A DNA stretch of 64,000 nt, from the NCBI GenBank assembly GCA_017531925.1, contig JAFXKD010000048.1, positions 103 through 64,102 of the forward strand, in the 5' to 3' direction. A program made the position numbers and the translations under genes. Positions 54,987 through 64,000 of the stretch are shown here, piece by piece (position 1 is the first letter of the stretch; each line of letters begins with the position of its first letter). The stretch is from Clostridia bacterium (GTDB lineage: Bacteria > Bacillota > Clostridia > Oscillospirales > CAG-272). The notes under the pieces were generated by a model that saw only the letters and a program-made list of their open reading frames with translations, was not told the DNA's origin and ran no database searches.

Positions 54987-55703
54987 ATGGAAAATTTACA
55001 GCCCAAGTATAAAAGAGTATTGCTCAAGCTTTCAGGCGAGGCGCTTGCAAAGGATTGCGACGGTATCCTCAATTTTGAGTACATTGAGCAGATAGCCGCC
55101 GTACTTAAAAGGTGTGTTGCCGAGGGCGTACAGATAGCCGTGGTAGTGGGCGCGGGTAATATCTGGCGTGGCAGGCAGAGCGGAAAAATGGACAGAGCTA
55201 AGGCTGATCAGATGGGAATGCTCGCAACTGCGATCAACTCTCTCGCACTTGAGGAGACATTTAATTCCGTGGGACTTAAGTCGAGAGCGATGATGGTTAT
55301 GGAGGTCAATTCGTTTGCAGACCCGTATCGCATAAGGGACGCAAGACGTCATCTTGCTGAGGGTGAAGTCGTTATTATCGGAGGAGGAACGGGTATGCCG
55401 TTCTTCTCAACAGATACAGCGGCAGCAATACACGCTGCGGAGATAGGCGCGGACGTTATCCTTATGGCAAAGAATATTGATGGCATCTATACCGCCGATC
55501 CTCATATCGATCCCACAGCCAAAAGATACGATGAGATCACGTACCGTGAGATACTCGATAAAGAGCTTAAGGCTCTTGATATTCCCGCAAGCGCGTTTTG
55601 TATGGAAAATGATATCCGATGCTACGCGTTTGAGCTTAAGGATCCTATGAACATCTACAGGGTGATCATGGGCGAAAAAATGGGAACCGAATTACACAGA
55701 TAA
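54987..55703 (+). CDS. pyrH: UMP kinase
   Basis: ..YKRVLLKLSGEAL.., ..VVGAGNIWRG.., ..GGGTGMPFFSTDTAAA... Start trimmed to ATG 54987, 8 nt after GGAGG. Confidence 0.95.
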   Translation: MENLQPKYKRVLLKLSGEALAKDCDGILNFEYIEQIAAVLKRCVAEGVQIAVVVGAGNIWRGRQSGKMDRAKADQMGMLATAINSLALEETFNSVGLKSRAMMVMEVNSFADPYRIRDARRHLAEGEVVIIGGGTGMPFFSTDTAAAIHAAEIGADVILMAKNIDGIYTADPHIDPTAKRYDEITYREILDKELKALDIPASAFCMENDIRCYAFELKDPMNIYRVIMGEKMGTELHR

Positions 55704-55736
55704 AAATTGGAAATAATATAAACGAGGTAAAAAATT

Positions 55737-56291
55737 ATGGCATTCAACATTAAAGGCTACGAAGAAAAAATGACAAAGACAATCGCGTCCTACGAGTATA
55801 ATCTCGCATCCATCCGCGCAGGTCAGGCTAATGCGGGCGTTCTTAACAGAGTAACGTTCGAATACTATGGCTCTCCCACACCCGTCAACACGATGGCTGA
55901 CATCAGAATGGCGGACTCCAGAACCCTTACCATCACTCCTTACGATGCGTCCACGCTTAAGGCTATTGAAAAGGCGATCCTTATGAGTGATATCGGAATC
56001 AATCCCTCAAACGACGGTAAGATGATCCGTCTTGTATTCCCCCAGGTAACCGAGGAGAGACGTAAGGAGCTCAAGAAGCAGATCCAGAAGATGGGCGAGG
56101 AAACCAAGGTGATTATCCGTAACATCCGCCGCGATGCCAACGATGATATCAAGAAGGCAAAGAAGGACGGAGAGCTTACAGAGGACGACGTTAAGTTCAA
56201 CGAAAAGAAGGTTCAGGATCTCACGGATAAGTATATCAAAGAGGTTGACGCTTGCTCCGCTAAAAAAGAGAAGGAAGTAATGGCGATCTGA
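55737..56291 (+). CDS. frr: Ribosome recycling factor
   Basis: 184 aa, ..LASIRAGQANAGVLNRV.., ..RNIRRDANDDIKK... Confidence 0.95.
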   Translation: MAFNIKGYEEKMTKTIASYEYNLASIRAGQANAGVLNRVTFEYYGSPTPVNTMADIRMADSRTLTITPYDASTLKAIEKAILMSDIGINPSNDGKMIRLVFPQVTEERRKELKKQIQKMGEETKVIIRNIRRDANDDIKKAKKDGELTEDDVKFNEKKVQDLTDKYIKEVDACSAKKEKEVMAI

Positions 56292-56307
56292 TTTATTATT
56301 GACTATT

Positions 56308-56338
56308 AAGGCGGGGCTTTTAAAATTCCCGCCTTTTT
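56308..56338 (+). terminator. Hairpin + T-run after frr (terminator/attenuator before uppS)
   Basis: aaggcggg-(12 nt)-cccgcctt followed by ttt. Confidence 0.6.
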
Positions 56339-56357
56339 GGAATTTGAGGTAGAAAAA

Positions 56358-57059
56358 TTGGAAAAGATAACTGATTTTAAGGTCGATGAGAATTTAAGGC
56401 ACATCGCGTTTATAATGGACGGTAACGGCCGTTGGGCAAAGCAACGCGGACTTGACCGTCCCGAGGGACATAAGGTAGGAGTACGCGTTTTTGAACGCGT
56501 TGCGAATACCTGCTTTGATATGGGGCTTGAGGCAGTAACGTTTTACGCGTTTTCCACGGAAAATTGGAAGCGTCCGCCCGCGGAGGTAAAGACTATTATG
56601 AGCCTGCTCTCGTTCTATCTTGATAAATGCGGCGATGATCTTATTAAAAGAGGCGTGCGGTTTCGTATGCTCGGAGACAAGAGTGCGCTTAACGCGGGTC
56701 TGCGCAGGCGTATAGATAGCCTTGAGCAGAGAAGCAAGCATTTTAATAAAACGCTGAACATAGCCATAAACTATGGAGGAAGAGATGAGATAATCCGCGC
56801 TTGCAGACTTCTTGCACAGAGCGGGGAGGAGATAAATGCGGAAAGCTTTTCAAGAGCTCTTTATACGGAGGACTGCATAGATCCCGACCTTGTTATAAGG
56901 ACCGCTGGAGAAAAGAGGCTTTCAAACTTCCTGTTATGGCAGGCTTCATACTCGGAGCTGTATTTTACTGACGTGCTTTGGCCTGATTTTTCCGATGACG
57001 ATCTTATTTTGGCTATAAACGATTTTTATTCAAGACGCCGCAGGTACGGTGGTCTTTGA
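56358..57059 (+). CDS. uppS: Isoprenyl transferase (undecaprenyl-diphosphate synthase)
   Basis: ..HIAFIMDGNGRWAKQRG.., ..FSTENWKRP.., ..RLSNFLLWQASYSELYF... Start placed at TTG 56358 (GAGGT 8 nt upstream). The ORF-track TTG 56337 lies in the preceding hairpin tail. Confidence 0.9.
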   Translation: MEKITDFKVDENLRHIAFIMDGNGRWAKQRGLDRPEGHKVGVRVFERVANTCFDMGLEAVTFYAFSTENWKRPPAEVKTIMSLLSFYLDKCGDDLIKRGVRFRMLGDKSALNAGLRRRIDSLEQRSKHFNKTLNIAINYGGRDEIIRACRLLAQSGEEINAESFSRALYTEDCIDPDLVIRTAGEKRLSNFLLWQASYSELYFTDVLWPDFSDDDLILAINDFYSRRRRYGGL

Positions 57060-57073
57060 GGAGGATTTATACG

Positions 57074-57901
57074 ATGAAACAGAGAATAATTACCGCAATA
57101 GTGCTTGCAATTATAGCAATACCTGTCTGTATTTTTTCGGGAAGCGTGCTTTTTCCGATACTTTGGGCATTTCTCGGAGTTGTCGGTGTATGGGAGCTGC
57201 TTGGATGTATGGGAACGAGAAACAGATTGGCAATATCCATTCCTCTTTATATTCTTGCAGTTGCATCTCCCCTTGCGGTGTGGCGAGGTTATAACTCGTT
57301 TATAGTTAATTTCCAGCCTAATTACAGCGCAATACTTTTGCCCTTGCTTCTTGTTTTATATATTCTTGCGGTTTGGGTCTTTTCATATCAAAAGGATCAA
57401 GAAGTGGATATGAACAGGATCATTGCGAGCGCTCTCGTATCCCTTTACATAATCGGCGCTTGCTCATCCGTGGTTATGGTCAGAGAGGCACGTGGAGGCG
57501 AGTATTATTGGTATTTCGTTTTCATTGGCGCGTGGGTGACTGATATTTTTGCGTATTTTACGGGTATGCTATTTGGAAAGCATAAGCTCATTCCCGCGGT
57601 AAGCCCCAAAAAAACTGTTGAGGGAGCTATAGGCGGAACGGTATTCTGCGTTATCTTTTTCGTCGGATTCGGTACATTACTTAACCGTTTTACACAGTAT
57701 GAGGTCAGCCTTTTGATGCTCGCTGCGGCAGGACTTATTTCTGCTTTTGTGTCGATGATTGGCGATCTTTCGATGAGCGTTATCAAGAGAACTTACGGAA
57801 TCAAGGATTACGGCAAGCTTTTTCCCGGTCACGGTGGTGTGCTTGACCGCTTCGATTCCATTTTGGCAGTTGCGATAGTTTTAGCGCTTTTCTTGGCGTA
57901 G
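57074..57901 (+). CDS. cdsA: Phosphatidate cytidylyltransferase
   Basis: Polytopic, ..DIFAYFTGMLFGKHKL..SPKKTVEG.. and ..IKRTYGIKDYGKLFPGHGGVLDRFDS.. signature. Start trimmed to ATG 57074. Confidence 0.9.
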   Translation: MKQRIITAIVLAIIAIPVCIFSGSVLFPILWAFLGVVGVWELLGCMGTRNRLAISIPLYILAVASPLAVWRGYNSFIVNFQPNYSAILLPLLLVLYILAVWVFSYQKDQEVDMNRIIASALVSLYIIGACSSVVMVREARGGEYYWYFVFIGAWVTDIFAYFTGMLFGKHKLIPAVSPKKTVEGAIGGTVFCVIFFVGFGTLLNRFTQYEVSLLMLAAAGLISAFVSMIGDLSMSVIKRTYGIKDYGKLFPGHGGVLDRFDSILAVAIVLALFLA

Positions 57902-57943
57902 GATAAGTTCCAATGATGGAATGTCATATTTTTAAGGTAAAAA

Positions 57944-59104
57944 ATGATTTGTAACAAGGAAAAAATGCTTGTTCTTGGCTCTACGGGCTCGATAGGAGAG
58001 CAGGCTCTTGATGTTGCTAAGGCTACCTCAACGCAGGTGGTCGGGATCTGCGCAGGAACCAACTGGAAAAGAGTTGAGGCTCAGGCAAGAGAATATAATG
58101 TGCGCTTTGCTGCTATGTTCGATACGGATGCAGCGGCGGAGCTTAAGACTGCGCTATCCGATACGGATATTCGCATTTTAGCGGGTGTTGACGGTATTTG
58201 TGAGATGATAGCGGGAAGCGGAGCTACCTTTGCGGTCAATTCAATAATAGGGCAGGCAGGGCTTTTGCCAACGCTTGCCGTTCTTGAGGCGGGGATAAGA
58301 CTTGCCCTCGCTAACAAGGAGAGCCTTGTGGTTGCAGGTGAGATCGTAATGGAGAAGGCGCGCGAGAAGGGAATTGAGATACTTCCCATAGACAGCGAGC
58401 ATTGTGCCATTCATCAATGCTTGCGCTCGGGCAAAGGAAACGAGATAAAGAAAATCATTTTAACTGCCTCGGGCGGCCCGTTCTTCGGTCTTAGCCGTGA
58501 GGAGATATATAACGTGCCCCTTTCACGCGCTCTTGCGCATCCAACGTGGAGGATGGGGGCAAAGATAACTATTGACAGTGCCACTCTTATGAATAAGGGG
58601 TTTGAGATAATCGAAGCGGCGCATCTTTTCGGTGTAGGACCTGACAAGATAGACGTTTTGGTGCATAGAGAGAGTATAATCCATTCTATGGTCGAATACA
58701 TTGATAACAGTGTTATCGCTCAGCTCTCAACTCCCGATATGCGCCATTGCGTGCAGTATGCACTTGATCGCGGAGCAAGAAAAAAGGGAGTAATAGAGCC
58801 GCTTGATCTTGCAAAGATATCAAAGCTGACCTTTGCGCGCCCCGACAGAGAGGCTTTCCCGCTTCTCGATCTTGCACTCTACGCCCTTGACAGAGGCGGC
58901 GCTACCTGTGCCGTGCTGAATGCGGCGAATGAGGTAGCGGTCGCGGCGTATCTTTCCGAGAAAATAGCCTTTGGGCAGATATCGGATTGCGTTTGCAACG
59001 TGGTCTATTCAATGAAGGATGCATCGAAGATACACACGCTTGAAGGCATTTTTGAAGCCGATAGGGAAGCAAGAGAGCTTGCCAAGGCTTATTTGAATAT
59101 TTAA
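57944..59104 (+). CDS. dxr: 1-deoxy-D-xylulose 5-phosphate reductoisomerase
   Basis: ..LGSTGSIGEQALDV.., ..LANKESLV.., ..PIDSEH.., ..NAANEVAV... ATG 57965 is an alternative start. Confidence 0.95.
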   Translation: MICNKEKMLVLGSTGSIGEQALDVAKATSTQVVGICAGTNWKRVEAQAREYNVRFAAMFDTDAAAELKTALSDTDIRILAGVDGICEMIAGSGATFAVNSIIGQAGLLPTLAVLEAGIRLALANKESLVVAGEIVMEKAREKGIEILPIDSEHCAIHQCLRSGKGNEIKKIILTASGGPFFGLSREEIYNVPLSRALAHPTWRMGAKITIDSATLMNKGFEIIEAAHLFGVGPDKIDVLVHRESIIHSMVEYIDNSVIAQLSTPDMRHCVQYALDRGARKKGVIEPLDLAKISKLTFARPDREAFPLLDLALYALDRGGATCAVLNAANEVAVAAYLSEKIAFGQISDCVCNVVYSMKDASKIHTLEGIFEADREARELAKAYLNI

Positions 59105-59116
59105 GGAGAAAACACA

Positions 59117-60157
59117 TTGAATACGATAATTTATATCCTTATCACGGTGCTTGTGATAGGATTTCTTACATTTATACACGAATTCGGACACTTTTTCTTT
59201 GCGCGTCTTTTCAAGGTCCCGATCATTGAGTTTGCTATCGGTATGGGTCCGAGGCTTTATTCTTGGACGGGAAAGCACGGAACTAAATATGCGCTCAGAG
59301 CTTTTCCCATAGGAGGATTTGTTCAGATGGAGGGCGAAGAGGGAACGAGCGAAAATCCCATGGCTTACAACAATCTCAATCCTTGGAAAAAGATCGCTGT
59401 TACAGCCGCAGGGCCTCTTGTGAATATAATCTTTGCAGTAATCGTAATGTTCATTCTGGTTATCTGCTCACCCGAGCTTGGCTCTACCACGATTGGCAGA
59501 TTTGAGGATGATGCGGTAAGCAATCAGAAGCTCATGGAATGGGATGAGATAGTACAGGTGGGCGACACAAGGGTCCATACGGGCGAGGAGGTCGTTTATG
59601 AGATAATGATGCAGGGCTACGAGGCTATTGATATCACGGTAATACGTGACGGTGAAAGACTCGTTATCGAGGACGTGGTATTTAATACGGTAGAGGAGCA
59701 GGGTGCGGTTTTAGCAGAAATAGATTTCAGGCTTTTTGCACTAAGCGTTCTTGATGACGTAAGCTTTTTTGACTACCTCTATCAGGCGTTCTACCGTTCA
59801 GTAAATATGGTCAAGATGGTTTACGATTCTCTTCTCGGAATGATCACGGGAAGATTTGGTATGGACGCTATGTCAGGACCCATCGGTATCGTCGAAACTG
59901 TCGGTCAGGTAGCACAGGTGAGCATCGCTTCACTCGTTAATCTTATAGTAATGATCAGTATGAACCTCGGTATCTTCAATCTCTTGCCGGTTCCCGCGCT
60001 TGACGGCGGACGAATAGTATTCCACCTTATCGACGGAATTGCGGGCAGAAAGGTAATAAAGAAGGAGATAGAGGACACTATAACGGCGGTTACTATGATG
60101 CTTTTGCTTGGCTTTATGCTCTTGATATCCGTAAAGGACGTAATCAACCTTTTTTAA
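59117..60157 (+). CDS. rseP: RIP (site-2) zinc metalloprotease RseP/RasP
   Basis: ..IHEFGHFFFARLF.. HExxH in TM1, PDZ-like middle region, ..NLLPVPALDGG.. LDG motif. TTG start with AAGGAG RBS. Confidence 0.9.
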   Translation: MNTIIYILITVLVIGFLTFIHEFGHFFFARLFKVPIIEFAIGMGPRLYSWTGKHGTKYALRAFPIGGFVQMEGEEGTSENPMAYNNLNPWKKIAVTAAGPLVNIIFAVIVMFILVICSPELGSTTIGRFEDDAVSNQKLMEWDEIVQVGDTRVHTGEEVVYEIMMQGYEAIDITVIRDGERLVIEDVVFNTVEEQGAVLAEIDFRLFALSVLDDVSFFDYLYQAFYRSVNMVKMVYDSLLGMITGRFGMDAMSGPIGIVETVGQVAQVSIASLVNLIVMISMNLGIFNLLPVPALDGGRIVFHLIDGIAGRKVIKKEIEDTITAVTMMLLLGFMLLISVKDVINLF

Positions 60158-60166
60158 GAGAATGAT

Positions 60167-61243
60167 ATGATATACAACGAGATCAGAAGAAAAACGAAAA
60201 AGCTGAGAATAGGAAATATCTATATCGGCGGAGATTCTCCCATAGCGATTCAGTCGATGACAAATACCGACACCTGCGACAGAGAAGCGACTCTTAAGCA
60301 AATACTCTGGTTACAGAGTGCGGGATGCGATATCGTGCGTATTACCGTTCCAACGCTCGAGGCGGCGGAAACGATACCGTATCTTAAAGAGAACGGCGTT
60401 TATATCCCAATTGTGGCGGATATACATTTCGATTATAAAATTGCGCTAAAATGTGCAGAGCTTGGGGTGGATAAGATCAGGATCAATCCCGGCAACATCG
60501 GAAGCGACGATAAAGTAAAAGCCGTAGCGGATGCCTGCAAAAAAAGGAATATACCCATCAGAATAGGCATCAATTCCGGTTCGCTTCAAAAGGACATTCT
60601 TCAAAAATACGGCTCGCCCACTCCCGAGGCACTTTGCGAGAGCGCGTTCCGACACATTGAACTGCTTGAAAGATATGATTTTCACGATATAGTAGTTTCT
60701 ATAAAGGCGTCCAACGTGCCTTCGATGATTAAGGTAAACAAGCTGCTTGCGGAGCGTTGCGATTATAACATCCACCTTGGTGTTACCGAGGCGGGAAGCG
60801 AGGAGCTTGGCACCTTGAAAAGTGCTATAGGCATTGGATCCTTGCTTTGCGAGGGAATAGGGGATACTGTGCGAGTTTCCCTTACGGCAGATCCCGTGCT
60901 TGAGATAGCTGCCGCAAAGAAGATACTTTCTGCGGTTGAGATAGACGGGCAGAGCGGAATGAGGATAGTTAGCTGTCCCACCTGCGGAAGAACAAAGATC
61001 GATCTTATAGACCTTGTTCATAGATTTGAGGATGCCGTCAAAAGAGAGGGACTTGAGGACAAGCCGATCAAGGTCGCCATTATGGGATGCGCGGTAAACG
61101 GTCCCGGTGAAGCGCGCGAGGCAGATATCGGTATTGCGGGCGGAATAGGTGAGGGACTTTTATTTGCTCACGGTGAGATAATAGAAAAGATACCCGAGGA
61201 AAAAATCATTGATGCTTTAATACAGAGAATAAAAGAGCTTTAA
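60167..61243 (+). CDS. ispG: 4-hydroxy-3-methylbut-2-en-1-yl diphosphate synthase
   Basis: ..IAIQSMTNTDT.., ..RINPGNIG.., Fe-S Cys ..SCPTCGRT.. and ..MGCAVNGPGEA... Confidence 0.95.
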   Translation: MIYNEIRRKTKKLRIGNIYIGGDSPIAIQSMTNTDTCDREATLKQILWLQSAGCDIVRITVPTLEAAETIPYLKENGVYIPIVADIHFDYKIALKCAELGVDKIRINPGNIGSDDKVKAVADACKKRNIPIRIGINSGSLQKDILQKYGSPTPEALCESAFRHIELLERYDFHDIVVSIKASNVPSMIKVNKLLAERCDYNIHLGVTEAGSEELGTLKSAIGIGSLLCEGIGDTVRVSLTADPVLEIAAAKKILSAVEIDGQSGMRIVSCPTCGRTKIDLIDLVHRFEDAVKREGLEDKPIKVAIMGCAVNGPGEAREADIGIAGGIGEGLLFAHGEIIEKIPEEKIIDALIQRIKEL

Positions 61244-61315
61244 TTCAGGATTATTGGTTTTAAAACAACGAAATTATTATTTACGCTTTAATACAGCGGT
61301 TTATGAGGACTTTTT

Positions 61316-64000
61316 ATGGCAGAGAAGAGCTTTTTGGAAAAATTTAATAAATACGAGCCGACTGACACGGAGATAATCCGTGTCCTTTCGCGCGTTTATA
61401 ACTATACGGTACGTCTGAGCAAGGAGCAGAGACTTATTGAATGTGACGTGCATTTTGACGATATAGTGGATAAAAATCTGCTATACCGCATTGAAAACGA
61501 GATAAAGGCGGCTTATTCGCTGAATTTTATGAAGATACTTCCCAAGTATGACGGATCGCTTTTTGGCAGCTATTATTTTGAGCAGATATTGCTTGAAGCA
61601 GAGAGAGTAGGAATAGTTGCAAAGGGATTCTTCTCCGGATGCGATTGGGAGATATCGGGCGAGAGCATTACTATTACTATCCCTTTTCAGGAGGGCGGTA
61701 TCAGGCTTCTTGAAAATGCGAATACACCTAAAATAATTGAAAATATTATCTTTTCGGAGTTCGGCAAGAGATTTAGCGTGAAGATAATCGCTAACGATGG
61801 GCTTTCCTCATCCACTGCCGAAAAGAGAAAAAGCGAGATGCAGAAATTTGACAGAGAGATTGCGGAGCAATCCAAGAGATACGACTCTATGGGTGCTGCG
61901 GATACCGGTGCGCCGCAGAAGAAGGAAAAGGATGACGGCGCGTCTGCTCTTCCTCGAGTAAGCACTCTTTTTGAGGGTGGTGAGGCGAGCATGAGCGATA
62001 ATAATATCTGCACGATCGGATACAAAAAATACGACCTTTCCGAGTATGAATACCTGCTTGGAGAGGAATTCGATATAAAGCCAACACCAATCTCTAAGCT
62101 TACGGGATACTCAAAGGGTGTGGTGATAGTGGGTGAGGTCTTTGGCTTTACGCAGGAGCCTGGAAGGCGAGGAAATAACGTTTCTACGAGCTTTTGTGTT
62201 TATGACGGAAACACCTCGATCGAAGTGAGAGCCTACAAGAGTGAGAGCGAGAGCCGTGAGATAGCCGAGGCTATCAAAAATGGATGCTCCTATGCGCTAT
62301 ACGGCAAGAGTGAGATCGAAAAAAAGAAGGACGGCAGCGGAAGGGATCTTATTTTCAGCTACAACCACGTTGCAAAGATCAAGGAAATAAAGAGATCTGA
62401 CAATTCGCCCGAAAAGCGCGTTGAGCTTCATTTACATACTCAGATGTCTGCCATGGATGCGCTTTTACCTCCCGACGTTGCGGTAAAGAAGGCGCACGAA
62501 TGGGGACATCGCGCGGTGGCTATCACCGACCACGGAAACGTTCAGGCTTATCAGATGGTCATGCTTGCCGCAGAGAAGATCGGTATGAAGGTGCTTTACG
62601 GAATAGAGGCTTATTTCGTAAACGACAAGACGAGTGCGGTTACAGGTGATTACAAGGGCTCGTTTGAGGACGAATTCATAGTATTTGATATAGAAACCAC
62701 GGGTCTTTCCGTTCTTACCTCACAAATAATAGAGATTGGCGCGGTAAAGATAAAGAGCGGTCAAGTCATAGAGAGATTTAACAAATTCGTTAATCCCGAC
62801 ACACCGATCCCCGAGATCATTACGGAACTTACGGGAATTGATGATTCTATGGTAGCGGACGCGGAAAAGATCAACGTCGTGCTCAAGGAATTTCTTGACT
62901 TTATCGGAAACCGTTTGCTTATTGCTCACAATGCGAATTTCGACGTTTCATTTATAAGAAAGGCAGCTCGTGAGTGCGGATATCCCTTCGGCAATCCGTA
63001 TCTCGACACCGTAACGCTTTCAAGATTTTTAAACCCCGATTTGAAGAGCCACAAGCTCGACGTGGTAGCAAAGTATTACGATCTGGGCGATTTCAATCAC
63101 CACAGAGCATGCGACGATGCGGAGATGCTTGCGAACATCTTTTTCTCAATGGTCGATAAGATGGACAGGCTTGATATCAAGAGCTTTGCCGATCTTCAGC
63201 GCGATATGAGTGAGAACGCAAATCCCCTGACCATAAAGCCCTATCATCAGGTAATACTTGTAAAGAATCCTACGGGACTTAAAAATCTTTACAAGCTCGT
63301 TTCTTATTCATATCTTAAGTATTACAGAAGAATGCCCCGTATTCCAAAGAGTGAGCTTGAAAAGCACCGTGAGGGCTTGATACTTGGCTCTGCGTGTGAA
63401 GCGGGTGAGCTTTTCAGGGCGATACTTGAGAAAAAGCCCGAGGATGATATAAGGGATATCGTCAATTTCTACGATTATCTTGAGATCCAGCCCATTTCAA
63501 ACAACCGTTTCCTCATTGATGACGGAACTGTTGCAAGTGACGATGATCTTCGTGAGCTTAACAGACAGATAGTTGAGCTTGGCGAAAAATATAAGAAGCC
63601 CGTTGTGGCGACCTGCGACGTGCATTATCTTAATCCCGACGACGAGATAGGACGAAAGGTTCTTCTTACCGGTATGAGATTTAAGGACGCTGACAGGGAT
63701 TGTCCTCTCTATTTCAGGACTACTGAGGAGATGCTCGAGGAGTTCTCGTATCTTGGAGAGGAGAAGGCCTACGAGGTCGTAGTTAAAAATCCCAATCTCA
63801 TAGCTGATATGGTTGAGGATGGGATCCGTCCGTTCCCGAAGGGTACGTTTACGCCCAAAATCGAGGGTGCGGAAGAGGATCTTCAGCGTATGTGCTACGA
63901 GAACGCGGAGAGAAAATACGGCAATCCCTTGCCCGAATATGTTAAGAACCGTCTTGATAAGGAGCTTACGTCAATTATCAAGAACGGCTTTGCGGTGCTT
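61316..64000 (+). CDS. polC: DNA polymerase III PolC-type (N-terminal ~895 codons; runs off the right edge)
   Basis: Open frame from ATG 61316 (GAGGA RBS; in-frame TGA at 61304) to the window end. It is absent from the ORF track because it has no stop in the window. Motifs: MAEKSFLEKFNKYEP.., PHP ..ELHLHTQMSAMDA..AITDHGNVQAY.., exonuclease ..FIVFDIETTGLS.. and ..LIAHNANFDVSF... Confidence 0.95.
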   Translation, partial: MAEKSFLEKFNKYEPTDTEIIRVLSRVYNYTVRLSKEQRLIECDVHFDDIVDKNLLYRIENEIKAAYSLNFMKILPKYDGSLFGSYYFEQILLEAERVGIVAKGFFSGCDWEISGESITITIPFQEGGIRLLENANTPKIIENIIFSEFGKRFSVKIIANDGLSSSTAEKRKSEMQKFDREIAEQSKRYDSMGAADTGAPQKKEKDDGASALPRVSTLFEGGEASMSDNNICTIGYKKYDLSEYEYLLGEEFDIKPTPISKLTGYSKGVVIVGEVFGFTQEPGRRGNNVSTSFCVYDGNTSIEVRAYKSESESREIAEAIKNGCSYALYGKSEIEKKKDGSGRDLIFSYNHVAKIKEIKRSDNSPEKRVELHLHTQMSAMDALLPPDVAVKKAHEWGHRAVAITDHGNVQAYQMVMLAAEKIGMKVLYGIEAYFVNDKTSAVTGDYKGSFEDEFIVFDIETTGLSVLTSQIIEIGAVKIKSGQVIERFNKFVNPDTPIPEIITELTGIDDSMVADAEKINVVLKEFLDFIGNRLLIAHNANFDVSFIRKAARECGYPFGNPYLDTVTLSRFLNPDLKSHKLDVVAKYYDLGDFNHHRACDDAEMLANIFFSMVDKMDRLDIKSFADLQRDMSENANPLTIKPYHQVILVKNPTGLKNLYKLVSYSYLKYYRRMPRIPKSELEKHREGLILGSACEAGELFRAILEKKPEDDIRDIVNFYDYLEIQPISNNRFLIDDGTVASDDDLRELNRQIVELGEKYKKPVVATCDVHYLNPDDEIGRKVLLTGMRFKDADRDCPLYFRTTEEMLEEFSYLGEEKAYEVVVKNPNLIADMVEDGIRPFPKGTFTPKIEGAEEDLQRMCYENAERKYGNPLPEYVKNRLDKELTSIIKNGFAVL

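Noticed and set aside
1-64000. Scan for CRISPR arrays, transposase/integrase genes, prophage or defence modules, and rRNA/tRNA genes
   Set aside because: I found no spaced direct-repeat array, no recombinase/transposase-like, reverse-transcriptase-like or nuclease-like ORF, and no intergenic segment with a tRNA cloverleaf or rRNA character. The only repeats are the 20-nt tandem at 40081 and the short hairpin elements reported above.

Overview
This window looks like a core chromosomal segment from an endospore-forming Firmicute, probably a Clostridia-type organism. The evidence is spoIIGA-sigE, an alpha/beta-type SASP, pdaA, whiA, both PolC and DnaE, and the Bacillus-type order SRP RNA-dnaX-ybaB-recR. 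Almost all of it is tightly packed housekeeping genes. These cover translation (rplJ, rpmE, prfA, prfC, frr, alaS, hflX, rlmH, tsaC), replication (dnaG, dnaX, recR, dnaE, polC, a ParC/GyrA-like subunit), transcription (rpoD, sigE), envelope and isoprenoid synthesis (murI, murB, uppS, cdsA, dxr, rseP, ispG, wecB), and adhE. Three structured RNAs are supported: a long SRP RNA, an Ala T-box leader before alaS, and a likely L10 leader. I saw no CRISPR array, transposase, integrase, rRNA or tRNA gene, and no recognisable defence or toxin system. I do not think a clear novel multi-gene system is demonstrable here. The most notable items are: (1) a 1-nt frameshift splitting dnaE; (2) an AT-rich islet with a BcrR-like membrane-anchored XRE regulator, a lipoprotein and a 15-codon ORF behind a strong Shine-Dalgarno (SD) site; (3) an intramembrane-sensing two-component system in one gene string with an extra CDP-alcohol phosphatidyltransferase; (4) two hairpin-dense non-coding regions (after hflX and before dnaE); (5) a 20-nt tandem repeat fused to a promoter; (6) an unannotated 41-codon membrane ORF. 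Several ORF-track starts appear over-extended and were trimmed to SD-supported starts. All homology calls come from reading the translations, not from searches.
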